From: an uncultured Acidobacteriota bacterium
Lineage (GTDB): Bacteria > Acidobacteriota > Thermoanaerobaculia > Multivoradales > JAHEKO01
DNA length: 32,962 bases
NCBI GenBank assembly: GCA_963713825.1
Contig: CAVQNG010000019.1
Coordinates: forward strand, 1 to 32,962
Reading direction: 5' to 3'
In this document: positions 1 to 8,355 of the stretch, one piece after another
Numbering within the stretch: position 1 is the stretch's first letter
How the letters are laid out: every line of letters begins with the position of its first letter
The notes under the pieces: generated by a model
What the model saw: the letters and a program-made list of their open reading frames with translations, nothing else
Databases searched by the model: none
What the model was told of the DNA's origin: nothing
Translations under genes and position numbers: made by a program

Positions 1-1
1 C

Positions 2-79
2 TTGGAGCGATTCGGCGAGGAGTACGAGCGCTATATGGAGAGGGTGCCGAGGTTTGTGCCGCGGTTCGGCTCCCCGTGA
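2..79 (+). CDS. 3' end of a probable isoprenylcysteine carboxyl methyltransferase (ICMT/Ste14/PEMT-like) membrane protein, partial
   Basis: Manual translation of frame +2 gives LERFGEEYERYMERVPRFVPRFGSP*, matching the family C-terminal pattern (RFGEEYxxYxxRVPRFxP). Not in the ORF track. Confidence 0.7.
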   Translation: MERFGEEYERYMERVPRFVPRFGSP

Positions 80-118
80 TCGAAGTTTGGCCGGGCGGAC
101 AGTCCTCTCGGGTCGCGA

Positions 119-1435
119 CTACTCGATGTAGCCCAGAGAGCGCAGCTCACGCTCCGTTTCTTTGTCCATGTGGACCTCGGCAGAGCCTTGGCCGATGCCG
201 AGCTCATTGGCGATCCGCCGGCCTTCATCGACCTCTCGATCCAGCGCTTCGGACAGCTCCAGCGTCAAGTCCGGCTGGGAAAAGGCGAGGTTGTCGGACT
301 CATCCGGATCCACAACCAGGTCGTAGAGTTCTTCACGGCCGTCTTCGAGATGGCGGATGTATTTGTAGCGCCCCCGAACAACCGAGAGCTGTTGGCCGAA
401 GTAACGAACGGCCCCGCTGATGATCGGGTCAGAGGAGTGCTCGAGCTGAGACGCTGCCCAATAGGGCACCAGGGACCTGGCTAGCGGGAGATCAGGATCG
501 CCCGCTGGCGCCCCAACCACGTCCAGGATGGTGGACCTCACACTCTCAATGGAAACAGGTAGAACAACCCGCCGCCCCTGGAAGGACGAAGCCTGGGGAC
601 TTCTTGGTGGTTTGATGATCAAAGGAACCCCGATCACTTTGTTGTTCAGGGCGTGACCATGCTCGAAGCCACCATGCTCCCAGAACTCCTCCCCGTGGTC
701 GGAGGTCACGACAATCAGTGCCGGATCGAACAGGTCGAGTCGCTCGAGAGTCGAGAGGAACTGTCCGATCTCGTGGTCCACATACCGAATCTCGCCCTCG
801 TAGAGGCTCTGGATCCAAGCACGCTGTTCGCTATCGGGGAACAGCCGCCCCGATCGGACCTCCCTGACCTTGTCGAAGCGGGCCCCGAACCTCGCGATTT
901 CCGGGCTCCGCGAGAGAAACTCCTCTGGAGGCTCATAGGGAATGTGCGGATCGAAGATGTGGAGCCAGAGGAAGAAGGGCTCGTTCGAGTATTTTTCGAC
1001 GAGGGTAGCTGCTCTTCGAGCCAGGTCTCGGGTCGTCGCCTCGTTGTCGATGGCAGCGGGGGAGGCCGCTCGGAGAAGATGTGTGCCCAGGGAACCTGCC
1101 AGGTAGGTGCGGGGGTAGAAGCGGTAGAGGTCGAATCCTCTCGAAAAACCAGTGGACGCCCTGAGATGAGCGTTCCGACCGACCCCCAGGGTCACGTACC
1201 CGTGATTCTGGAGAGACTCTGCCAGTGTTGGAAGAGCGAGAGGGAGGTCCGGGCTGCGATCCGGTGTCTGGTGCACCAGGGTGGAGACGCCGGTCATGAT
1301 CGAGGCCATGGAAGGCATGGTCCATGGGGACGAGGCCACAGTGCGCTCGAAAAGGACGCTCTCTCGGGCCAGCTCATCCAGGCTCGGGGTCAGGCCTATC
1401 TCACTGCCGTAGCTCCCCAGAGAATTGGCATAGCG
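119..1435 (-). pseudogene. Sulfatase-like (AlkP superfamily) protein, apparently 5'-truncated
   Basis: ORF 119..1339 has SSPWTMPSMASIMTG, PFFLWLHIFDPHIPY, TSDHGEEFWEHGG, ELYDLVVDPDE and a LRSLGYIE tail. The frame stays open upstream to a TAA at 1436-1438 (RYANSLGSYGSEIGLTPSLDELARESVLFERT), but the N-terminal xxIDTLR metal-ligand strand is not visible in any frame. Confidence 0.7.
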
Positions 1436-1540
1436 TTATGGCTATCTGCGACGCTGACAGTTGCTCAAACTGGGGACTTGATGCACAATTTCGCCTCTTG
1501 GGGCGTCCACCTCCGTTTGTCAGTTTCCGGCGAAGACAAA

Positions 1541-3223
1541 ATGAAAGCTCATCCGCAGGCTGCTTCTCCCTGGTCCAGTGACCGAGTCCTCTCGCTCTGG
1601 CTGCTCGCTCTGGTGGCACTGCACCTTCTCCTCATCTGGCTCTTCGAGTACTTCCCGACTCAGGACGGCCCCATTCACCTTTCGAATGCGAAGGTTCTAC
1701 TCGAATACGACAATCCAGCATGTCCCGTACTGCCTGAGTACTACCGACTCAATACCGGCGTTGGCCCGAACTGGTTCTCTCTTCTGTCATTGGCAGGCCT
1801 GCTCAAGCTTTTCTCCCCTGAGATCGCAGAGAAGGTGTTTCTAAGCGCCTATGTTCTTGCTCTCGTAGGCTCAGCCTACTTCGCGATTCTGGGAGTCAGC
1901 AGGAGGAATAGATTTCTGCTGCTTCTCGTGTTTCCCTTCGTCTTCAATCACTTCGTTTTCCTCGGGTTCTACAACTTCATTTTCGGTCTGCTGTTTGTCT
2001 TCTTGTTTCTCGGAATCGTCCTCAGGTCGGGCTCCAGGCTCGAGTGGCGGGAGGCTGGTTTCCTGGCCCTGGCGTCTGTGCTGGCCTTCTTGGTCCATCC
2101 TTTGACCATGCTCGCGGCCTGGTTCATGGCCCTGCCTCCCTTGGCCGCAAAGGTCATCCTCATCGATCCAGAGGCTGAGGAGGGCGGGAAAGCACCACAG
2201 GGCCGATCGATCAGCTCCTTGCTCGGGCGGGCCATACCCATCGGGATGGCTGCATTGCCTAGCGCTGGTCTCTTTCTTCACTACTGGCTGACACATTCCG
2301 GCTCCTCGGCGGTACGCGAGTCCTTCTCGAGACTCGTGCGCAATGCAGTCGGCCTGGGCTCCATCATCACTCATTCTCGGTGGGAGGCTGTGCCGTCGCT
2401 GGTTCTCTCTGCGAGTTTTCTCGTCATCGGAATAGGCGTCCTTCGGAGAGATGCCCTTAAGGGCAAGCGGGCTTCGGCTGTTGGCCTACTGATAGCCGTT
2501 ATTGCAATGTTCGCGCTCTACTTCGTAGCGCCCAGCTCGGCCGGTGGTGGCAACTGGATCAACGCTCGTCTGTTGCCTTACCCGTTCCTGGTGGCGGTGC
2601 TGTGGTTTGCTTGCTACCGGTTCAGCTGCCGTGAGAAATCTGTCATTGCCGTCGTCGCTTCCTTGGTAACGCTGGTTCTCCTTGGATTCCATCTTCGGAG
2701 CGTGTCTAGCCTCAGCGCAGAAGTCGAGCAGAGCCTAGCCTGTGGAGCGGATGTTGCGGCGAACTCTACGATGCTCCCCGTCAGTTTCTCGCGTCGGGGT
2801 CGGGATGAGATCGGCGCTCCGCTCTCATGGAAGGCGGCATCCTTCGGTCATTTCGCAGGGTACATGGCGGCCGACCGGTGCATGGTTCAATTCGACAACT
2901 ACGCCGCGTGGAAAGGGTACTTCCCGGTCTCCTGGCAGTCGGGACTGAGTCCTAGGAGGGGCCTACTTCCAGACGGATTCGAAGGTGATCATCCGGTGGT
3001 GAACATTGGGGTGTACGAGGAGCTTTCAGGAGGCACGGTCGACTATGTTCTTCTGAGAGACCTTCGAAGCGAAGACCGCGAGTTTCCGGAGGCCGTGAAC
3101 CTCCTCGCCGAGATCAGGACAGGCTATGAGGAGATCTGTTCTAGCGGTCCGTTGTCCGAAACACATCTCTACCGAAGAATGGATCTGGGAGCTCAGAAGA
3201 CCCAGTCCGATGCAACCCACTGA
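1541..3223 (+). CDS. Polytopic membrane protein, GT-C-like glycosyltransferase (560 aa)
   Basis: ATG at 1541 (MKAHPQ). First TM is followed by an acidic loop (FPTQDGPIHL), then about 11-12 hydrophobic segments and a soluble C-terminal domain. The ORF extension 653-1540 is mostly antisense to the sulfatase-like gene. Confidence 0.65.
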   Translation: MKAHPQAASPWSSDRVLSLWLLALVALHLLLIWLFEYFPTQDGPIHLSNAKVLLEYDNPACPVLPEYYRLNTGVGPNWFSLLSLAGLLKLFSPEIAEKVFLSAYVLALVGSAYFAILGVSRRNRFLLLLVFPFVFNHFVFLGFYNFIFGLLFVFLFLGIVLRSGSRLEWREAGFLALASVLAFLVHPLTMLAAWFMALPPLAAKVILIDPEAEEGGKAPQGRSISSLLGRAIPIGMAALPSAGLFLHYWLTHSGSSAVRESFSRLVRNAVGLGSIITHSRWEAVPSLVLSASFLVIGIGVLRRDALKGKRASAVGLLIAVIAMFALYFVAPSSAGGGNWINARLLPYPFLVAVLWFACYRFSCREKSVIAVVASLVTLVLLGFHLRSVSSLSAEVEQSLACGADVAANSTMLPVSFSRRGRDEIGAPLSWKAASFGHFAGYMAADRCMVQFDNYAAWKGYFPVSWQSGLSPRRGLLPDGFEGDHPVVNIGVYEELSGGTVDYVLLRDLRSEDREFPEAVNLLAEIRTGYEEICSSGPLSETHLYRRMDLGAQKTQSDATH

Positions 3224-3265
3224 CGTTGCCTGGATGCTTCTTACCGCTGGAGTCGTTGCTTCCGG

Positions 3266-4816
3266 CTACAGTCTGGAGAACAACGCGACTCTGAAGGCAG
3301 GGAAGTCCCAAACGCTCTTCAACGATGAGATCGGCGCCAAAGACGTCTCGATCGCGGGTAGCCCTCCGGGCACCCGGGCCTCGCGGTTGATCACGACTAG
3401 AAATTGGTCGGCCTGAGCGGTCTGCTCCCTGATCAGCTCGAGCTTCTTGTCCCCAGCTTTCCAGCGGATGTCGATCACATCGGGCACATCGTAGTAGTCG
3501 AGAAGGCGTCCGCTCCCAAGGAAGAGGACCACCGGAATCGGCTGCTGGTCCTTCAGGAGCGCCGCGACTGCCCGGTAGTCATCTTTACGGTGATCGGTGT
3601 TGAAGAAGTAATGCCCCAAGGACACTACATTGAGTAGTAACAGGACAGCGACAGACCAACTGCCCAGCTTCCTCCAACGAGGAGATGAAGTGAGCTCCAG
3701 AGGCAGGGAAGAGATATTCCCCAACGCGAGTGCCAGTCCTGGTAGCAGAAAGGTGGAATGCCGGGGTAGCCAGTTAAGCTTGGTAACGAACGCGAAAAGA
3801 CCCAATACGGCAACACCAATCACTGACATCCAGAACGGGAACTGAAAACGCTGGATATCCTCTCTGGCGTTCCAACGAGAGGCGCGCGAGAACGCGGCGG
3901 CAGCTGCCGTAGCTACTGCAATGCACGTGACCGCGAGGATAGCCAGGGAGAGCCAGGCTTGCTGCACTGAGCTCACCCATCCGACTTCCCTCAGGGCTGA
4001 GACCGGCGGCCCGAAGGTAGTGCCTGCCAGAAGGCCATAGATTGAAAAACAAGCGTTGGCAACCAGAGAGTTGTCGGTCCTGCTCACGTAGGCTCCGGCT
4101 TGACCGCTTTGGGAGTCTGCCCACGCGAAGAAGAGGAAGCTGGGAAGCAGAGCGAGGCCCGAGACGATCCAAAAGGACCAGGCCCTCTTTCCTTTGCCCC
4201 GCGTGGCCAGCCATGCGACACCTGCGGACATGACGAACAAGCTGAAAAAGAGGCTCGCTAGCCCTCCAATGAAGCTCGTCAGCGCAACAGGCGCCAACCG
4301 CCGGCTCCGCTCTGCTGATGTTTCAGTGCGCAGGTAGTGGGCCAGGCACAGCCAATACCCGACACAGAGGAGAAGCAGCAGGCTATAAGGACGAACCTCC
4401 TGTGCGTAGTAGACGGCAAAGCTGCTGAGCGCCATGAAGCCGACCGCTCCTGGGCGAGCCCTTGGGTCCAGGAAATGCCAGGTGACTGGCACAAAGGCGA
4501 TCAGGGCCAGCGTGCTGAGGATCGCCGACAAGGACTTGAGGGCAGGCTCCGAAGAACCGAAGAGGCCACGCCAGGAGCTGAGGAGAACAAAATAGAGAGG
4601 TTGATAACGTTCACTCGTGTCTACGCTGCCGAGCTTCTGAATGACTTCCGTGGGGGAGCTGCCATCGCTGAACGCGAGGCTGATGCCCTCGTCGAACCAT
4701 AGGCTCTGCTCGGTCAGTCTGTAGAAGCGAAGAGAGCACCCGAACGCGACCAGGACCACCAAGAAGACCACCATCCCCTTGGTACTATTACGTCCTGGTG
4801 GCGCGGATGGCTTCAT
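3266..4816 (-). CDS. GT39/GT83 (PMT/ArnT-like, GT-C) glycosyltransferase
   Basis: LRFYRLTEQSLWFDE motif after TM1, PLYFVLL, YYAQEVRPYSL, many TMs; ATGA overlap with the upstream GT2 stop. Confidence 0.85.
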   Translation of the reverse strand: MKPSAPPGRNSTKGMVVFLVVLVAFGCSLRFYRLTEQSLWFDEGISLAFSDGSSPTEVIQKLGSVDTSERYQPLYFVLLSSWRGLFGSSEPALKSLSAILSTLALIAFVPVTWHFLDPRARPGAVGFMALSSFAVYYAQEVRPYSLLLLLCVGYWLCLAHYLRTETSAERSRRLAPVALTSFIGGLASLFFSLFVMSAGVAWLATRGKGKRAWSFWIVSGLALLPSFLFFAWADSQSGQAGAYVSRTDNSLVANACFSIYGLLAGTTFGPPVSALREVGWVSSVQQAWLSLAILAVTCIAVATAAAAAFSRASRWNAREDIQRFQFPFWMSVIGVAVLGLFAFVTKLNWLPRHSTFLLPGLALALGNISSLPLELTSSPRWRKLGSWSVAVLLLLNVVSLGHYFFNTDHRKDDYRAVAALLKDQQPIPVVLFLGSGRLLDYYDVPDVIDIRWKAGDKKLELIREQTAQADQFLVVINREARVPGGLPAIETSLAPISSLKSVWDFPAFRVALFSRL

Positions 4817-5766
4817 TCCTTGCCACCAATGATCTCGTCGACAATGAAACTTGGTCGCTTCTTGACCTCGAGGTAGATCCGCCCGATGTACTCACCCAGA
4901 ATCCCCAGCATGATCAGGATCAGGCCCCCAAGGAAGAACTGTCCTACCACCAGTGTCGCCAGGCCTGGAGTTTCGGTGGCGTAGCGGCCCAGGAACGGAA
5001 ATCCGAAGACCCTGTGAATGAGAAAGAAGAGTCCAACCAGGAAAGAAGGAACGGCCACCAGGAAGCCGATCCAGGTGGCGATTCTCAAGGGGACGAAGGA
5101 GAAGCCGACGACTCCTGAGATCGCGAGTTGGACCAGGTCGCTGAAAGAGTACTTGGCTTCGCCCCCAGCCCGCTCGGGTCGGTCGTAGGGAACGCCGACT
5201 TGCTTGAATCCAGCATAGGCTCTCAAGCCTCTCAGGAATCGGGTTTGCTCCGGCATCTCATTCTTGATGACCTGGACAACTCGACGATCCATCAGACAGA
5301 AGTCCCCAGAGTCCAGCGGGATATCCACGTTGCTGAGGCTTCTCAGAATTCGATAGAAGAGACCGTAGCTCCAGCGCTTCCAGAAAACCTCCTTCCGAGC
5401 CTTCCTGACTGCATAGACAACGTCCCAGCCTTCACGCCATCTTTGGAGAAAACTCGCCACTACCTCTGGCGGATCTTGAAGATCAGCATCCATCAGGACG
5501 ACGGCATCACCTCGGGCATGGTGCAAGCCGGCAGACAGGGCTGCCTGATGCCCGAAGTTTCTTGACAGCTTCACGATTCTGATCTCTGGATGGTCCTGTG
5601 ACAGGGCGGTGAGTATCTCGACGGAGCGATCGCTCGAGCCGTCGTCCACAAAGACAGCTTCGAAATCCTCGCCGCCCCACAACTCCGCAGCCGACTCCGT
5701 AATGCGGCTCCACAGAAGGGGTAGGTTCTCCTCTTCGTTGAAAACAGGAATCACGAGCGAGATCAC
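4813..5766 (-). CDS. GT2 polyprenyl-phosphate glycosyltransferase (GtrB/ArnC-like), 317 aa
   Basis: ISLVIPVFNEEENL, VDDGSSD, SRNFGHQAA, MDADLQDPP, two C-terminal TMs, GEYIGRIY. Start re-called at GTG 5766 (GAGGAG upstream, GTGA overlap with the oxidoreductase stop). Confidence 0.92.
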   Translation of the reverse strand: MISLVIPVFNEEENLPLLWSRITESAAELWGGEDFEAVFVDDGSSDRSVEILTALSQDHPEIRIVKLSRNFGHQAALSAGLHHARGDAVVLMDADLQDPPEVVASFLQRWREGWDVVYAVRKARKEVFWKRWSYGLFYRILRSLSNVDIPLDSGDFCLMDRRVVQVIKNEMPEQTRFLRGLRAYAGFKQVGVPYDRPERAGGEAKYSFSDLVQLAISGVVGFSFVPLRIATWIGFLVAVPSFLVGLFFLIHRVFGFPFLGRYATETPGLATLVVGQFFLGGLILIMLGILGEYIGRIYLEVKKRPSFIVDEIIGGKE

Positions 5767-7082
5767 GGGGTCGACTCCTCGAGGTAGGTGGCAGCCAGTG
5801 CAGCTGTCTCTCTTGCCAGTCTTACACCGTTCGAGACCTGGCGATCCTGTGGAAAGATCTGTGCCATGGTGCACAGAAACAGGTTCTTCAAAGGCGTCTC
5901 AATCGGGGGCACCAGCCGCGAGTAGCCAGTGGAGACGACTGCTTGCGCGTACTCGGCAGTCCACACGAAAGCCCTCTCGACGTCCGCTGCCGTGAAATGT
6001 GGGAAGAGCTTCTGGACCCAGGGAAGATAGAACTCGAGAAGCTCCTCAGCCGTCATCTGAAATCGCGGGTCCGAAGACGGGCAGTAGGCAGAAATGTACA
6101 CGAGACGCTTGAGGTTGAGATCCTCCGGATCGACCCAGTTGGTCTGCTCGATGATGCCGACAAAAGGAGCGTCGGGATCCATCACGTTGGTCCAGTAGAA
6201 CTCTGAGAGTCTTCGAGGCAAAACGAGAACCAAGCAGACATTGCCCAGGAAGTCGATCGCAGACAGCCTCGCGCTGAAGCTGCTGAGTTTTTCGGGGAGG
6301 ACTCTGGAAAGGTCCGGCAATTGAGCTCCAGAGATCACAAGATCGGTTGGGAAGGTCCCTTCGGGTGTGTCGATGGCTGACATCCGGTCATCGATCGAGT
6401 GCAGCCTTTCGACTGGGCTCGAGAAGTGGACAGTTCCTCCCGAGCTCTCGATCTCCAACACCAGGCGATCGAACATCCGGCCCAGACCTCCACGCAGGTA
6501 CCCCAGGACCTCGTGGCCCTTGCGATCTCGGGATCCTCCTCGGTCTACCAGCTTGGACCAAAGCCAGGCTGCCGAGACATCCTGACTCAGGTCGCCGAAT
6601 TTGCCATGTAGTAGTGGCTCCCACAGCACCTCGAATACTCTCGAACCTGCCGTCTTGCGAATGTACTCTTCCGCTGAGATCTCGTCGAGCCGTCGCCAGT
6701 CCCGTATCGTCCTGGCCTTGAGGACCATGAGTCCAAGTCTGAACCTATCGACCATTGGTAACGGCTTGAAACGAAGAACGTCCAACGGTGAGGAGAGGCG
6801 GTAGGGTTGTTGGAAGTAGTAGCTCCCCGTATCGGCGGATCGCCAGATCAACTCGTCACCGAGATGGAGCTCACCGAGGAGCTCCTGAAGATGGGTATCG
6901 CCCTTGAAGATGTGGTGATAGAACTTTTCGACAGTGAACCCTTCGGCAGTAAAGCAACCCGCCAGGCCGCCTGGTGTCTCGTCTTTCTCCCAGACGTGGA
7001 GATCCAGGCTCGGTCTTTGTTTCAGCAGGAAGTGGGCGGTGGCTAGACCCGAGACCCCTGCGCCAATGATGTCGACTCGCAT
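5763..7082 (-). CDS. NAD(P)/FAD-dependent oxidoreductase (amine-oxidase/protoporphyrinogen-oxidase-like fold)
   Basis: N-terminal IIGAGVSGLATA dinucleotide fold, WEK...PGGLA, EKFYHHIF, GYLRGG; coupled to the GT2 gene. Confidence 0.85.
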   Translation of the reverse strand: MRVDIIGAGVSGLATAHFLLKQRPSLDLHVWEKDETPGGLAGCFTAEGFTVEKFYHHIFKGDTHLQELLGELHLGDELIWRSADTGSYYFQQPYRLSSPLDVLRFKPLPMVDRFRLGLMVLKARTIRDWRRLDEISAEEYIRKTAGSRVFEVLWEPLLHGKFGDLSQDVSAAWLWSKLVDRGGSRDRKGHEVLGYLRGGLGRMFDRLVLEIESSGGTVHFSSPVERLHSIDDRMSAIDTPEGTFPTDLVISGAQLPDLSRVLPEKLSSFSARLSAIDFLGNVCLVLVLPRRLSEFYWTNVMDPDAPFVGIIEQTNWVDPEDLNLKRLVYISAYCPSSDPRFQMTAEELLEFYLPWVQKLFPHFTAADVERAFVWTAEYAQAVVSTGYSRLVPPIETPLKNLFLCTMAQIFPQDRQVSNGVRLARETAALAATYLEESTP

Positions 7083-7236
7083 GAGGAGAGGTTGTGGTGT
7101 GGTTCTCAGAGTATGGCCGCCGAGCGTGGAGCCAGGTCGGGCCAGGCAGCGAAGCAGCGCTGAGTCTAGATCCTTGGTGCCGGTTGAACAAGCAAATCAG
7201 TAACACATGGGAATATGCGACCTTGGCTGTCAGGGG

Positions 7237-7267
7237 TTGCACGGGTGCCTGAATCGACTACGATACT
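7237..7267 (+). promoter_or_regulatory. Candidate sigma70 promoter of the flippase-like gene, possibly giving a leaderless or very short-leader transcript
   Basis: TTGCAC (7237-7242), 16 nt, TACGAT overlapping GATACT (7259-7267); ATG at 7274 with no Shine-Dalgarno. Confidence 0.35.
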
Positions 7268-7273
7268 CCGGCC

Positions 7274-8254
7274 ATGTCGAAACGTCGTTGGGTAACTCTC
7301 ATGGCCCCAGGTCTTGCTGTAGTGCTGCTCGGGGCTCTCTTGTGGTTTCGCAGACAAGACCTCGCGATTGTGGGAGATTTGGAAGTTTCGTGGCCCGTCA
7401 TGATCGGCGCGATTGCCCTCACGGTCGTGGCGACCTTTCTCTCCTTCGTCCGCTGGTTCTACCTTGTAAGGGCGCAAGGAATTCCCTTTTCACTCTTCGA
7501 TGCTCTTCGGCTCGGTCTGATTGGGGTCTTCTTCAATTTTCTCGTACCCGGGGCCGTGGGAGGGGACCTGGTCAAGGCTGCGCTGATGGCCAGAGAGCAG
7601 AAAAAGAGACTCCTAGCCGTCTCGACGATCGTGGTGGATCGTGTGGTCGGGCTTCTCGGTCTTTTGATTCTGACCGGGGTGCTGGCGATAGCAACCTGGT
7701 CCACCGTGCGCGAGAGTCAGCCTTTGACCGGGCTCGCTCGCTGGAACCTCTCACTGCTGGGGCTGGCTGTGGCAGCTCTCCTCGTGTTCATGCTGTGGCG
7801 CTGGCCACTCGAGAGCCTGGCCGCCAAGGTCAGAAACCTCCCTGCGGTGGGCCCACTTCTGGCTTCAGTCATAGAGGCTGCAGCGTCCTACCAGGGAACG
7901 AAGGGAACCGTGCTGGGCTGCGTTCTGCTCAGCGTGCTGATCCAGGTTCTATTTGTCGGCTCTCTACTGATGGGAGGGATTGCGATCTGGCCCGAGGTTC
8001 CTCGTCTGGGGTCTTATCTTGTCGCGATACCGTTTGGGCTTCTGAGCACGGCAATTCCCGTGACTCCTGGAGGGCTGGGTGTAGCTGAAGTCACTCTCGA
8101 GGCCTTGTTTTCCTACGTTGGTGCCCCAGCCTCGTATGCCCTCCTGATGATGCTCGGCTTCAGGTTGGGTCAAGTAGCCACGGTCGGACTCGGGGTCATG
8201 CTCTATTTCGGTTCCCGCGAGATCCGGCGGGTCGCGCATGATGTGCGGGATTGA
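7274..8254 (+). CDS. Lysylphosphatidylglycerol-synthase TM domain (UPF0104, flippase-like) protein
   Basis: RW.YL, FFNFLVPGAVGGDLVK, DRVVGL and PVTPGGLGVAE motifs; about 8 TMs. Confidence 0.88.
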   Translation: MSKRRWVTLMAPGLAVVLLGALLWFRRQDLAIVGDLEVSWPVMIGAIALTVVATFLSFVRWFYLVRAQGIPFSLFDALRLGLIGVFFNFLVPGAVGGDLVKAALMAREQKKRLLAVSTIVVDRVVGLLGLLILTGVLAIATWSTVRESQPLTGLARWNLSLLGLAVAALLVFMLWRWPLESLAAKVRNLPAVGPLLASVIEAAASYQGTKGTVLGCVLLSVLIQVLFVGSLLMGGIAIWPEVPRLGSYLVAIPFGLLSTAIPVTPGGLGVAEVTLEALFSYVGAPASYALLMMLGFRLGQVATVGLGVMLYFGSREIRRVAHDVRD

Positions 8255-8355
8255 GTCGGAGAGCTTGAAGCGGCGAGGCTCTGCGGGTAGGCTTCTGCGG
8301 TGGCTCTCGAGCCCGGGCACGTTGGTCCTGTGTCGAAGTTGGTTCGAGTCGTCGC

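Noticed and set aside
653-1540. 296-codon N-terminal extension making an 856-aa ORF
   Set aside because: Most of it lies antisense to the motif-rich sulfatase-like gene and it has no recognisable motifs; the membrane protein starts plausibly at ATG 1541.
7207-8088. 293-aa alternative-frame ORF, and other long overlapping ORFs such as 18648..19421 and 30317..31090
   Set aside because: They overlap well-supported genes, lack motifs and have the composition typical of GC-rich shadow ORFs.
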